Source of the DNA: an uncultured Chthoniobacterales bacterium
GTDB lineage: Bacteria; Verrucomicrobiota; Verrucomicrobiia; Chthoniobacterales; SZAS-18
Reading direction: 5' to 3'
Length of the DNA stretch: 32,000 nt
Assembly: GCA_964246635.1 (NCBI GenBank)
Contig: CAXTRS010000002.1
Location: forward strand, 15,066-47,065
Below are positions 17,465-25,189 of the stretch, one piece after another. Below the pieces are notes generated by a model. That model ran no database searches, was not told where the DNA came from, and was given only the letters and a program-made list of their open reading frames with translations. Position 1 is the first letter of the stretch, and each line of letters starts with the position of its first letter. The position numbers and the translations under genes were made by a program.

Positions 17465-18958
17465 ATGCGCGCATTCCGAGGCTTGAGCATCCGTGAGGAC
17501 CCTGCGTCGGAATATGACGCGATCATTATAGGGGCGGGCATCGGCGGCTTGACGTGTGCCAACCTTCTGGCGGATGCGGGCCTTAAAGTCCTCTTGGCCG
17601 AGCAGCATTATGTCGTCGGCGGCTATTGCAGTTCCTTCTTCCGCCAAGGCTTCAAGTTCGACGCCGCGAGCCATTTCTATCCACTGCTCGGGAACAGAGA
17701 AACGATCACCGGCAAGCTACTTGAGCGGCTGGGAATTGAAACCGAATGGATCAAAATGGATCCAGTAGATCATTTCCATTTTCCGGATGGGAGCCGCTAC
17801 TCCGTCCCGGCGGATTTCGAACGCTATCTGCAAGACTTAAAAGGGATGTTTCCGGGTGAGGCCGCACGCCTGGACGCGTTCTTCGCGGAAGTGCGGAGCC
17901 TGTATCTGCTCGGATTGCTGGGATACTTTCGCGATAGAATGACCGATCGCCTGCGGATGCACGCAGGGGTTTCACTGCGGGCGGCGATTGACCGGCACTT
18001 CGAAGACCGAAAACTCAAGCTCTTGCTCACAGCCGATTGCCCCCACTGGGGGGCGCCGCCGCGGAGAATTTCGTATGTGTTCGACTCCATGCTGAGGCTC
18101 TCCTATTTCTTAGGGAACTACTATCCCCGTGGTGGATCGCAAAAATTTGCGGACGACTTGGCGGCAGCAATCGAGCGAACGGGCAGTGATGTCATCCTGC
18201 GCGCGAGCGCACGGCGCATTCGAGTGGAGCACGGTCGCGCAACCGGCGTGGAACTGGAACTGGGTCCGGTGAATCGGCGGCGGCGCGTCTTCGTCCGCAG
18301 CCCGCGCGTGATCTCGAACGCGGACCTGCTGCAAACTTGCGTCCGCCTGCTCGGGGAGGAACACCTCGACCCCGATTCGCTCGAGCGGCTGAGGCAAATG
18401 CGCCGCAGCTATCCCTGCTACTTGATGCATTTGGGCTTGGCCGAGACGTTGCCCGAAGAACTCTACGACGCGCAAGGCTACCACTGGAGTGGCTGGGATG
18501 CCGACGCTCTTGGCACTACTGACCTGCGCTTCAAGCTTTTCGTCCCCACGCAGTTCGACCCCTCCATCGCTCCGTCCGGCTCTCAGATCATCATCATCCA
18601 AAAGGTGATCGAGATGGATTTCGATCGGATCGCAGACTGGGAGAGTCACAAAGCTGGAATTGACAGGTTCGTTTGGCAACATCTCGAACGGATAGTTCCA
18701 CGCCTGGCTGAGCGAGTCGTGGTGCGCCTCAGCGCTTCGGCGAAAACGGCCTATCGCTACACACTCAACGCCGCTGGCGCCATGTTAGGCTGGGAGATGT
18801 CGCCCGATCAACTAGCCGATGACCGGCCCGCGCTCGGCGGTTCGGTGGGAGGACTTTTTTACACCGGCCACTGGACTCGTCCCGGCGGAGGCGTGACTCC
18901 CGTCCTGGTCTCTGCCATGAAAGCCGCAGAGGAGATTACCGGAAACCGCTACCTCTAA
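17465..18958 (+). CDS. CrtI/phytoene-desaturase-family NAD(P)/FAD-dependent oxidoreductase
   Basis: 497 aa. The N-terminal dinucleotide fold is YDAIIIGAGIGGLTCANLLADAGLKVLLAEQHYVVGGY. The C-terminal region LFYTGHWTRPGGGVTPVLVSAMKAAEEI is typical of the CrtI/COG1233 family. Confidence 0.8.
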   Translation: MRAFRGLSIREDPASEYDAIIIGAGIGGLTCANLLADAGLKVLLAEQHYVVGGYCSSFFRQGFKFDAASHFYPLLGNRETITGKLLERLGIETEWIKMDPVDHFHFPDGSRYSVPADFERYLQDLKGMFPGEAARLDAFFAEVRSLYLLGLLGYFRDRMTDRLRMHAGVSLRAAIDRHFEDRKLKLLLTADCPHWGAPPRRISYVFDSMLRLSYFLGNYYPRGGSQKFADDLAAAIERTGSDVILRASARRIRVEHGRATGVELELGPVNRRRRVFVRSPRVISNADLLQTCVRLLGEEHLDPDSLERLRQMRRSYPCYLMHLGLAETLPEELYDAQGYHWSGWDADALGTTDLRFKLFVPTQFDPSIAPSGSQIIIIQKVIEMDFDRIADWESHKAGIDRFVWQHLERIVPRLAERVVVRLSASAKTAYRYTLNAAGAMLGWEMSPDQLADDRPALGGSVGGLFYTGHWTRPGGGVTPVLVSAMKAAEEITGNRYL

Positions 18959-18959
18959 G

Positions 18960-19397
18960 ATGACTCTGAACCGAGAACAACTCCAAGAACTCTTGCCGCA
19001 TCGTCCGCCGATCTTGATGCTGGATAAGGTCATTGACGTTATCCTGCGCAAGAGCGGGAAGGGAGTGAAGCGCTTCCTGGAAGATGATCCATGTTTCGCC
19101 GGACACTTTCCCGGCATGCCTATCCTGCCGGGCGTTCTGGCGATCGAAGCCCTCGCCCAGACAGCGGCCGTCGTATTCCTCGCAGAGAACCTGACGGCTG
19201 GACGCCCGCACGCCCCCAGTCTGTTAGGCAGGGTGAACGAAATGGCATTTTTTCATCGAATCGTGCCGGGTGATGAGATTGAATTCGCAATCGAAGTCGA
19301 GCGAATTGTCGGCCCATTCGCCTTTGTCAAGGGTGAGGCGACCGCTGGCATTAAGCAATGTGCCCGTGGCAGATTAACGCTCAAGATAGCAGGATGA
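18960..19397 (+). CDS. FabZ/FabA-like 3-hydroxyacyl-ACP dehydratase (hot-dog fold)
   Basis: 145 aa. LPHRPPILMLDKV and the active-site region FAGHFPGMPILPGVLAIEALAQ are both present. Confidence 0.85.
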   Translation: MTLNREQLQELLPHRPPILMLDKVIDVILRKSGKGVKRFLEDDPCFAGHFPGMPILPGVLAIEALAQTAAVVFLAENLTAGRPHAPSLLGRVNEMAFFHRIVPGDEIEFAIEVERIVGPFAFVKGEATAGIKQCARGRLTLKIAG

Positions 19398-19415
19398 CGG
19401 CCGACTTGGAGCCAA

Positions 19416-21149
19416 ATGGAACGGCATTACGACATCATTATCGTCGGCGCAGGCCTGGCAGGATTGACCCTCGCCCGACAATTGTTGCTCTACACTGACA
19501 AAACTATCCTTCAGCTTGATCGCGAGCAAAAGCTTCCCATCGCGCGCCAGAAACTTGGCGAATCCAATGTCCAAGTCGCCGGACATTATCTCGCGAAGAT
19601 ACTCGACATGGAGGAGCACCTCATCCACGAGCACGTGATGAAATATAACCTCCGCTTCATGTGGAAGGCGGCGGGAACCACCGGCGTCAATTTCGAGGAT
19701 TACAGCCACTCATACATCCGCCAATTCTCGAACATCCCGGCTTATCAGCTCGATCGCAATAAGTTCGAAGCTGAACTGATTCGACGAAATCAAGCGGATG
19801 CCCGTTATCTCTTGCTGGAGAACTCAAAGCGGTTGGATGTGTCGCTGGGCGAGGGTGAAAGCAACCACCGCATGCGCTTCGAGCGACTGGGAGAGTGTCA
19901 GGAGGTGACCTGCCGTTGGCTGGTGGATACGTCGGGGCGCACGAGGCACCTGGTCCGCCAGCTCGACTCCGAGCGCGAAAGCGAAATTCTTCATAGCGCA
20001 ACATATTTTTGGGTCGATGGAGCAGTCAACGTCGAGAAGCTCACCAGTGCCTCCCTCCAAGAGATACGTAAGCGGCCGGAAAGGTGTCGGCTCGGGCACG
20101 CCCCCTTCTGGCTGGCTACGAATCATTTCGCCGGTGAAGGTTTCTGGTTCTGGGTAATTCCGCTCCATACGCGGACCAGCTTTGGCTTGGTATATGACAA
20201 CCGCTGCATCGATTCGCGGGATGTTTCAACCAAGGATAAGATGCTCACCTGGCTCTTCCGCCAATTTCCGCTCTTCGAGCGGGAGCTCGCGAATCGCGAG
20301 ATTATAGACTTCTCCGTGCTGCGAAACTATTCGTATGACTGCGCGCGGACGATTCACGCGAACCGATGGGCGATATCGGGATTTGCTGGGCGATTTAACG
20401 ATCCACTCTACAGTCCGGGCGGCGACGCGATCGCGATTCACAATACCCTTATCACCGATGCGATCCTGACGGATGACGACAATGAGTTGGTCGCCAAGTC
20501 AAATGCGTACGAGATATTGATGCGGACGGTTTATCTTTCCTTTCTCCCATCGTTTCAACGCAGCTATAATGCGCTCGGCGACCAGGAGACGTTTGCCATG
20601 AAATATGCTTGGGAGCTCTCGATTTATTTTGCATTCTACGTCTTTCCGTTTCTTAACGATCTTTTCTGTGATCGCTATTTTCTCGTTCCTTATCTCAGAC
20701 GCTTTTCGCAGTTGGGCGAGCTGAACCGCAGTCTGCTGGCGTTTATCGCCGATTATTACGACTGGAAAAAGGCGAACAGACCGAAGCCTGAGCGTCCCAT
20801 TTTTTTCGACTTTACAGAAGTTTGCGCACTTAGGAAAGCGGAGTCCACTTTCTATATGATTGGCGGAGACACAAAGGCCGCGCTCCGAGAGCTGGATTGT
20901 CAGCTCGATTCCTTGCGCGAGTTAGCCCGCCTCTGCGTCGCCCATGTGCATGCAGTGGTCGCCGGTGACCTTGGCCTGATGACGAGCCGCGCCCATGTGG
21001 AACAGATCGATTTAGGGAAGATCCAATTCTCGGCCGATGAAATCAGACAACGCTGGTGCAGCGTGCCGAAGCGAGTCGGAGACGATTTCGCGTGGAGCAT
21101 CGACGCCCATGTCTTCCGCCGCCGATTCCATTCTGAGGTCCCGGAATGA
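19416..21149 (+). CDS. flavin-dependent halogenase-like protein
   Basis: 577 aa. It has GxGxxG (IIIVGAGLAGL), a KLGES segment, the WxWxIP signature (GFWFWVIPL) and FxxPxxSxG (FNDPLYSPGG). Confidence 0.7.
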   Translation: MERHYDIIIVGAGLAGLTLARQLLLYTDKTILQLDREQKLPIARQKLGESNVQVAGHYLAKILDMEEHLIHEHVMKYNLRFMWKAAGTTGVNFEDYSHSYIRQFSNIPAYQLDRNKFEAELIRRNQADARYLLLENSKRLDVSLGEGESNHRMRFERLGECQEVTCRWLVDTSGRTRHLVRQLDSERESEILHSATYFWVDGAVNVEKLTSASLQEIRKRPERCRLGHAPFWLATNHFAGEGFWFWVIPLHTRTSFGLVYDNRCIDSRDVSTKDKMLTWLFRQFPLFERELANREIIDFSVLRNYSYDCARTIHANRWAISGFAGRFNDPLYSPGGDAIAIHNTLITDAILTDDDNELVAKSNAYEILMRTVYLSFLPSFQRSYNALGDQETFAMKYAWELSIYFAFYVFPFLNDLFCDRYFLVPYLRRFSQLGELNRSLLAFIADYYDWKKANRPKPERPIFFDFTEVCALRKAESTFYMIGGDTKAALRELDCQLDSLRELARLCVAHVHAVVAGDLGLMTSRAHVEQIDLGKIQFSADEIRQRWCSVPKRVGDDFAWSIDAHVFRRRFHSEVPE

Positions 21150-22603
21150 ATGAGAAACTTTCACTCGCGCCAATTCTCTTCGAGCCTCCCGTTGAGAGTC
21201 TGGTCGAACTGTACGCCACCGAAGGCGCTATTCCACCGTTGCTCTGTGGAACCTACTACCTCAATGGGCCTGCCAATTTCCGTCGCGGAGACTTTACCTA
21301 CACGCACTGGCTTGACGGCGACGGTTTGATTCGGGCGCTACGCTTCGCCGATGGCCGCGCGATCCACTGCTCACGCTTCGTTCGTTCTCGAAAGTATCAA
21401 GATGAGCACGCGGCCGGCCGGCCCCTCTACCGAGCTTTTGGGACAGTGTTTCCGAACGATCGCCTGCGCCGTCGCATCGCGCTCGAATCTCCGGTCAACG
21501 TCAGCGTTTATCAATTCGAGCAGCATCTTTTCGCGTTCGGAGAGCAATGCCTGCCGTGGGAGCTTTTGCCCGAAACTCTGGAAACGGTGGGAGAGTGCAG
21601 TTTTCGTCGATTCTTTCCCGAGATCAGCCCGTTCTCGGCGCATCCGAAAATTGATCACGACGCTCGGCGCCTCTGCAATTTTGGGCTGAAGTTCGGCATG
21701 ACGGGCAGCAAGCTTGCCTACTGGGAATTCAACGCGAACCTGGCGCTACACTTTGAAACCGAGTTTGCGGTTGAGTTGCCGTATTCCGTTCACGATTTTG
21801 CGCTCAGCACGCGTTTCGCCGCCTTCTATCTTAGTCCTTACTTATTGGAGGTCGCGCCCTTCCTGCGTCAGGGCCGCTCGCTTTTTGACGCCCTGGCCTG
21901 GCGCCCAGAGCTGGAAAATGTGTTGCTGTTGACCGAGCGAATTCCCAAAGGAAAAAAGTGGCGTATTCCGATAGATTGTCGGGGTTACTGCCTGCACTTG
22001 ATCAATGGGTTTGATGACGGAGACACGATGGTGATCGACGTTATCGAGACTGAGGAACCCCTCTATCCACAGTATCGTCCGCTGCCCGATCTATTTTCGA
22101 CCGTCAAGCCTTGCGCGATCGTTCGTCTTCGGATCGATGTGCGCTGCGGGATGGTGCTCGAGGTGTTGGAGGCGCCACTACAGGTGCATTTGGATTTCCC
22201 TGCGCTGCTGCCAGAAAGCCACGGGAAACCCTATCGGAAAGTATGGATGCTTGGCATGCCGACAGAGCCGCGCAACGCATCAAAGTATTATGATCGCCTC
22301 CTCTGTTTCGATTGGGACCAGCGTGCCATTGTCGATCAATACGTTCCCCCGCCGGGGGTGTATCTCTCAGGCGAGCCTTCCCTTTTGAGAGCAGGATCTG
22401 CTGAAGCCGAGGCGCTGCTGATCTGCCCCCGCTGGCATGCCGCAGAGAACCGCAGCGATTACATTCTCCTCAATGCTTTTTCTCTTTCGACCGCGCCGAT
22501 CGCAGTCCTGCCGTTGCCGCATCCAAGTCCGCTGGCCTTTCATTCCAGCTTCGAGACCGATGCGAAAACTTTTTCCTTTCCAAAGCCGCCGATTTCTCCT
22601 TGA
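21146..22603 (+). CDS. carotenoid cleavage oxygenase (RPE65/CCO/lignostilbene dioxygenase) family protein
   Basis: 485 aa; its ATG overlaps the upstream stop (ATGA). The family N-terminal region reads GTYYLNGPANFRRGDFTYTHWLDGDGLIRALRF. Further His contexts are FSAHPKIDH, SVHDFAL and YCLHLINGF. Confidence 0.8.
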   Translation: MNEKLSLAPILFEPPVESLVELYATEGAIPPLLCGTYYLNGPANFRRGDFTYTHWLDGDGLIRALRFADGRAIHCSRFVRSRKYQDEHAAGRPLYRAFGTVFPNDRLRRRIALESPVNVSVYQFEQHLFAFGEQCLPWELLPETLETVGECSFRRFFPEISPFSAHPKIDHDARRLCNFGLKFGMTGSKLAYWEFNANLALHFETEFAVELPYSVHDFALSTRFAAFYLSPYLLEVAPFLRQGRSLFDALAWRPELENVLLLTERIPKGKKWRIPIDCRGYCLHLINGFDDGDTMVIDVIETEEPLYPQYRPLPDLFSTVKPCAIVRLRIDVRCGMVLEVLEAPLQVHLDFPALLPESHGKPYRKVWMLGMPTEPRNASKYYDRLLCFDWDQRAIVDQYVPPPGVYLSGEPSLLRAGSAEAEALLICPRWHAAENRSDYILLNAFSLSTAPIAVLPLPHPSPLAFHSSFETDAKTFSFPKPPISP

Positions 22604-22604
22604 A

Positions 22605-22633
22605 ATTCGCATCAGATTCGTATCATTCGTATC
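22605..22633 (+). repeat. three copies of the 9-mer ATTCG(C/T)ATC in the CCO to FG-GAP intergenic spacer
   Basis: The copies are ATTCGCATC (22605..22613), ATTCGTATC (22616..22624) and ATTCGTATC (22625..22633). Confidence 0.6.
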
Positions 22634-22660
22634 GAGATCGTCTCGTGACCTGCATTGCGT

Positions 22661-25189
22661 ATGGAAACTCCTCCTAGACAAGCGAAACCGGCCCAAAGAC
22701 GTCGACGCCTTGTCAAAGCACTGGTGGCTGTCGTGATCATCGGCTTGGTCGGGAGTGGTGGCGGTTGGCTTTACGTACGACACGTCGGGGCTGAGGCCAA
22801 ACGCGTCTATGAGCTGGGTTCGACCCTCAATGCGTTCTTCGCGCGGTATTCCACCTCCCTCAAGAAGCGAAACGTTGAAGGCATACTCGACCTTTACGAT
22901 TCGAACTATCTCAGCGAGCGAGAGGGGTTGCTGAAAGAGGAGCTTAGTTGGCAGGACGGAACTGCGCCGGAGATCGAAAGCCGGGTGCGCGTCTATACGG
23001 TGAAGGAAACTGATGTCCATCGTTTCGCCAAGGGTGACGTGCGTCAACAGATCGAAGCGCAACTGGCGGCGATGGATTACATTAATTTTGCAAAATTCAA
23101 GATCGAGAGAATCGAAGAGCAAGCCGGCTCAGACCGTGCGACACTGAAAACGCTGCTCTGGCTCCGCGGGCAGCAGGAAAGTGGCGAGACCGTTGAGACA
23201 CATATCTACCTTCGCCTATGGCTTTCGAAAAACGACGGTTGGAAGATTGAGCGCCGAGAATTTTTGGGCGGCACGACCGTGCGCGGCAGAGGGAAGGGCA
23301 TTACCGAGGTGACGTCGCAGGCGGGATTGGACTTCAAAGCGCATCACAACCCAATGTTTCTCGAAGAGCAGTGGAAACCAGAGATGTTTCAAATAATGCG
23401 CTATTCCCATGGCGGTGTGGCAACTGCGGATTACGACAACGACGGCTGGTATGATATCTACCTGTGCGATGGGGAACGGCCGCGGCTTTACCGAAATCTG
23501 GGGAATGGAAAATTTGAGGACGTAACGAAGAAAGCCGGGCTCCCGGAGACGCTGCCGGGGGTGCATGTGGCGATCTTTGCGGATTTTAACAACGATGGAT
23601 TTCCTGATCTATTCCTCGGCCGCTCAACGGCCTAGAACAAGCTCTACCGCAATAATGGGGACGGCACCTTTACCGATGTCACGGAAGGAGCCAACATTGG
23701 CGGTTATTGGGTCTCAACGGCGTCGGCGATCGATTACGACAACGATGGCCTGATCGATCTCTATTTGGGGCGTTACCTCGATCCGCGCAAGAATGTGCCG
23801 ACTACGCTCTTCTACACCCGCAACGGCGAAGGGAACACGCTGCTCCATAACGATGGGAATTTCAAATTCACCGATGCGACGACGAAGGTCACGCGCGAAG
23901 GCGGCTTGACTCTCGGGCTCGCCTGGGGCGATTTCGACGGGGACGGCAAGCCGGACGTATATGTGGTGAACGATTTCGGCCGCAACGCTCTGCTAAAGAA
24001 CAATGGCGACGGAAACTTTACCGATGTCAGCCAGGCCACCGGGACACTGGATATTGGATATGGGATGAGTTCGACGTTTGCGGATTTCAACAATGATGGC
24101 CGGCTGGACATCTACGTTTCCAACGTCCACTCCGGGCAGCGCTGGTTTGGCAATGAAGCGACGCTGCGCAATTACTTAGTCACTTCATTCAAACAGGGGA
24201 CTATTCGCGAGGATCGCAAACTGTTTGAGGAAATTCGCGGCTTCATCGGAAATAATTGGGAAGACTTTGGCGAACGCGTCATCCGCGGTAATTCGCTCTT
24301 GCTGAACCGCGGCACCTACTTCGAGGACGTTACGGAGCAGGCGCAGGTCAATCCCCACGGTTGGTATTGGGGCGGCGTTGCCTTCGATTATGATAATGAT
24401 GGCCTACTGGACATCTATATCGCCAATGGCTGGATCACCGGCAAAAAGCCGGACGATCTCTGACTACCTTATATTTCGTCCGCGGTCGCGGACATTAAAG
24501 CCTACAAATCAGGAAAATTCTACTCGGACGAATTTCGCGGAGACAGTTCCTGGAACGGCGACGAACATAACGTCCTTCTCAAGAACCTCGGTAACGGTCG
24601 CTTTGTCGATGTAGCGCTCGCACTCGGGTGCGACGATGTCCGCGATGGGCGCGGTGTCGCCGTAGCCGATTTCGATAATGACGGCGATTTCGATATTGTG
24701 GTAAATAACAATCCTGGGATCGGCCAGGAAGTAGCGCCGGTGCTGTATCGCAATGACATCGGGCAACGGAACAATTGGCTGGAGGTCGATCTTGTGGGCA
24801 CGCTCGCGAACCGCGATGCGGCGGGCTCAGAGGTGCGGTTGGAATTGCCGGACGGTCAGAAGTTGATGCGGCATGTGGTAATCGGCTCTGGGTATGCCTC
24901 CCAGCAGAGTCGGCGCCTCGGATTCGGCATTGGCAAGGCGACAGAGATCTCCAAGCTGCACGTCCGCTGGCTCGGACCGGGCGGCGGCGAAGACACATTC
25001 GAGCATGTGACGCCCAACCAAATCCTTCGCATCACCCAAGGCGGGAAAGGTCTGCCAGCCACACTCCTCACGCATAGCGTGCCGGCCGGGCAGGATAGCG
25101 GAGCCCAGCTCGGCCAGACCCCGCCGGCGGCAGCCCCGCTCGCTACTTCCGCGAACCAATCCGCCGCGGTGCCAGTCGCGCAGCCATGA
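22661..25189 (+). CDS. membrane-anchored CRTAC1/ASPIC-UnbV family FG-GAP (VCBS) repeat protein, paralogue 1; in-frame TGA (24461, predicted Sec) and in-frame TAG (23633, possible pseudogenisation)
   Basis: ORFs 22655..23635, 23765..24463 and 24698..25189 share one frame, and the two stops are the only interruptions. Conserved FG-GAP sequence fills the gaps between them. There is an N-terminal TM segment (LVKALVAVVIIGLVGSGGGWLYV), repeated DxDxDG/LYRNxGxGxFxDVT units, and a C-terminal UnbV_ASPIC-like region (NNWLEVDLVGTLANRDAAGSEVRL...GSGYASQQSRRLGFGIG...VRW). Confidence 0.75.
24461..24493 (+). promoter_or_regulatory. UGA plus SECIS-like hairpin (GUCCGC-GGUC-GCGGAC) in paralogue 1
   Basis: The TGA is at 24461..24463. 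The 6-bp stem spans 24478..24483 and 24488..24493, and the GGUC loop is at 24484..24487, starting 20 nt after the UGA. Confidence 0.7.

Noticed and set aside
17331-17496. C-terminal tail of ORF 16294..17496 overlapping the next gene by 32 nt
   Set aside because: The tail (RGSSRKSPPPPHWRGNSLW...) is non-homologous. The conserved HMGR C-terminus lies in another frame that ends neatly at 17456.
23633-23635. In-frame TAG as pyrrolysine or programmed read-through
   Set aside because: The window has no pyl genes, I saw no downstream structure, and the paralogue has an ordinary sense codon here. A nonsense mutation or base-call error is simpler.
24378-24614. Frameshift, rather than recoding, as the explanation for the TGA in the FG-GAP genes
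   Set aside because: The +1-frame ORF crossing the site (…ISDYLIFRPRSRTLKPTNQ…) is not conserved between the paralogues. The 0-frame read-through is conserved on both sides in both genes.
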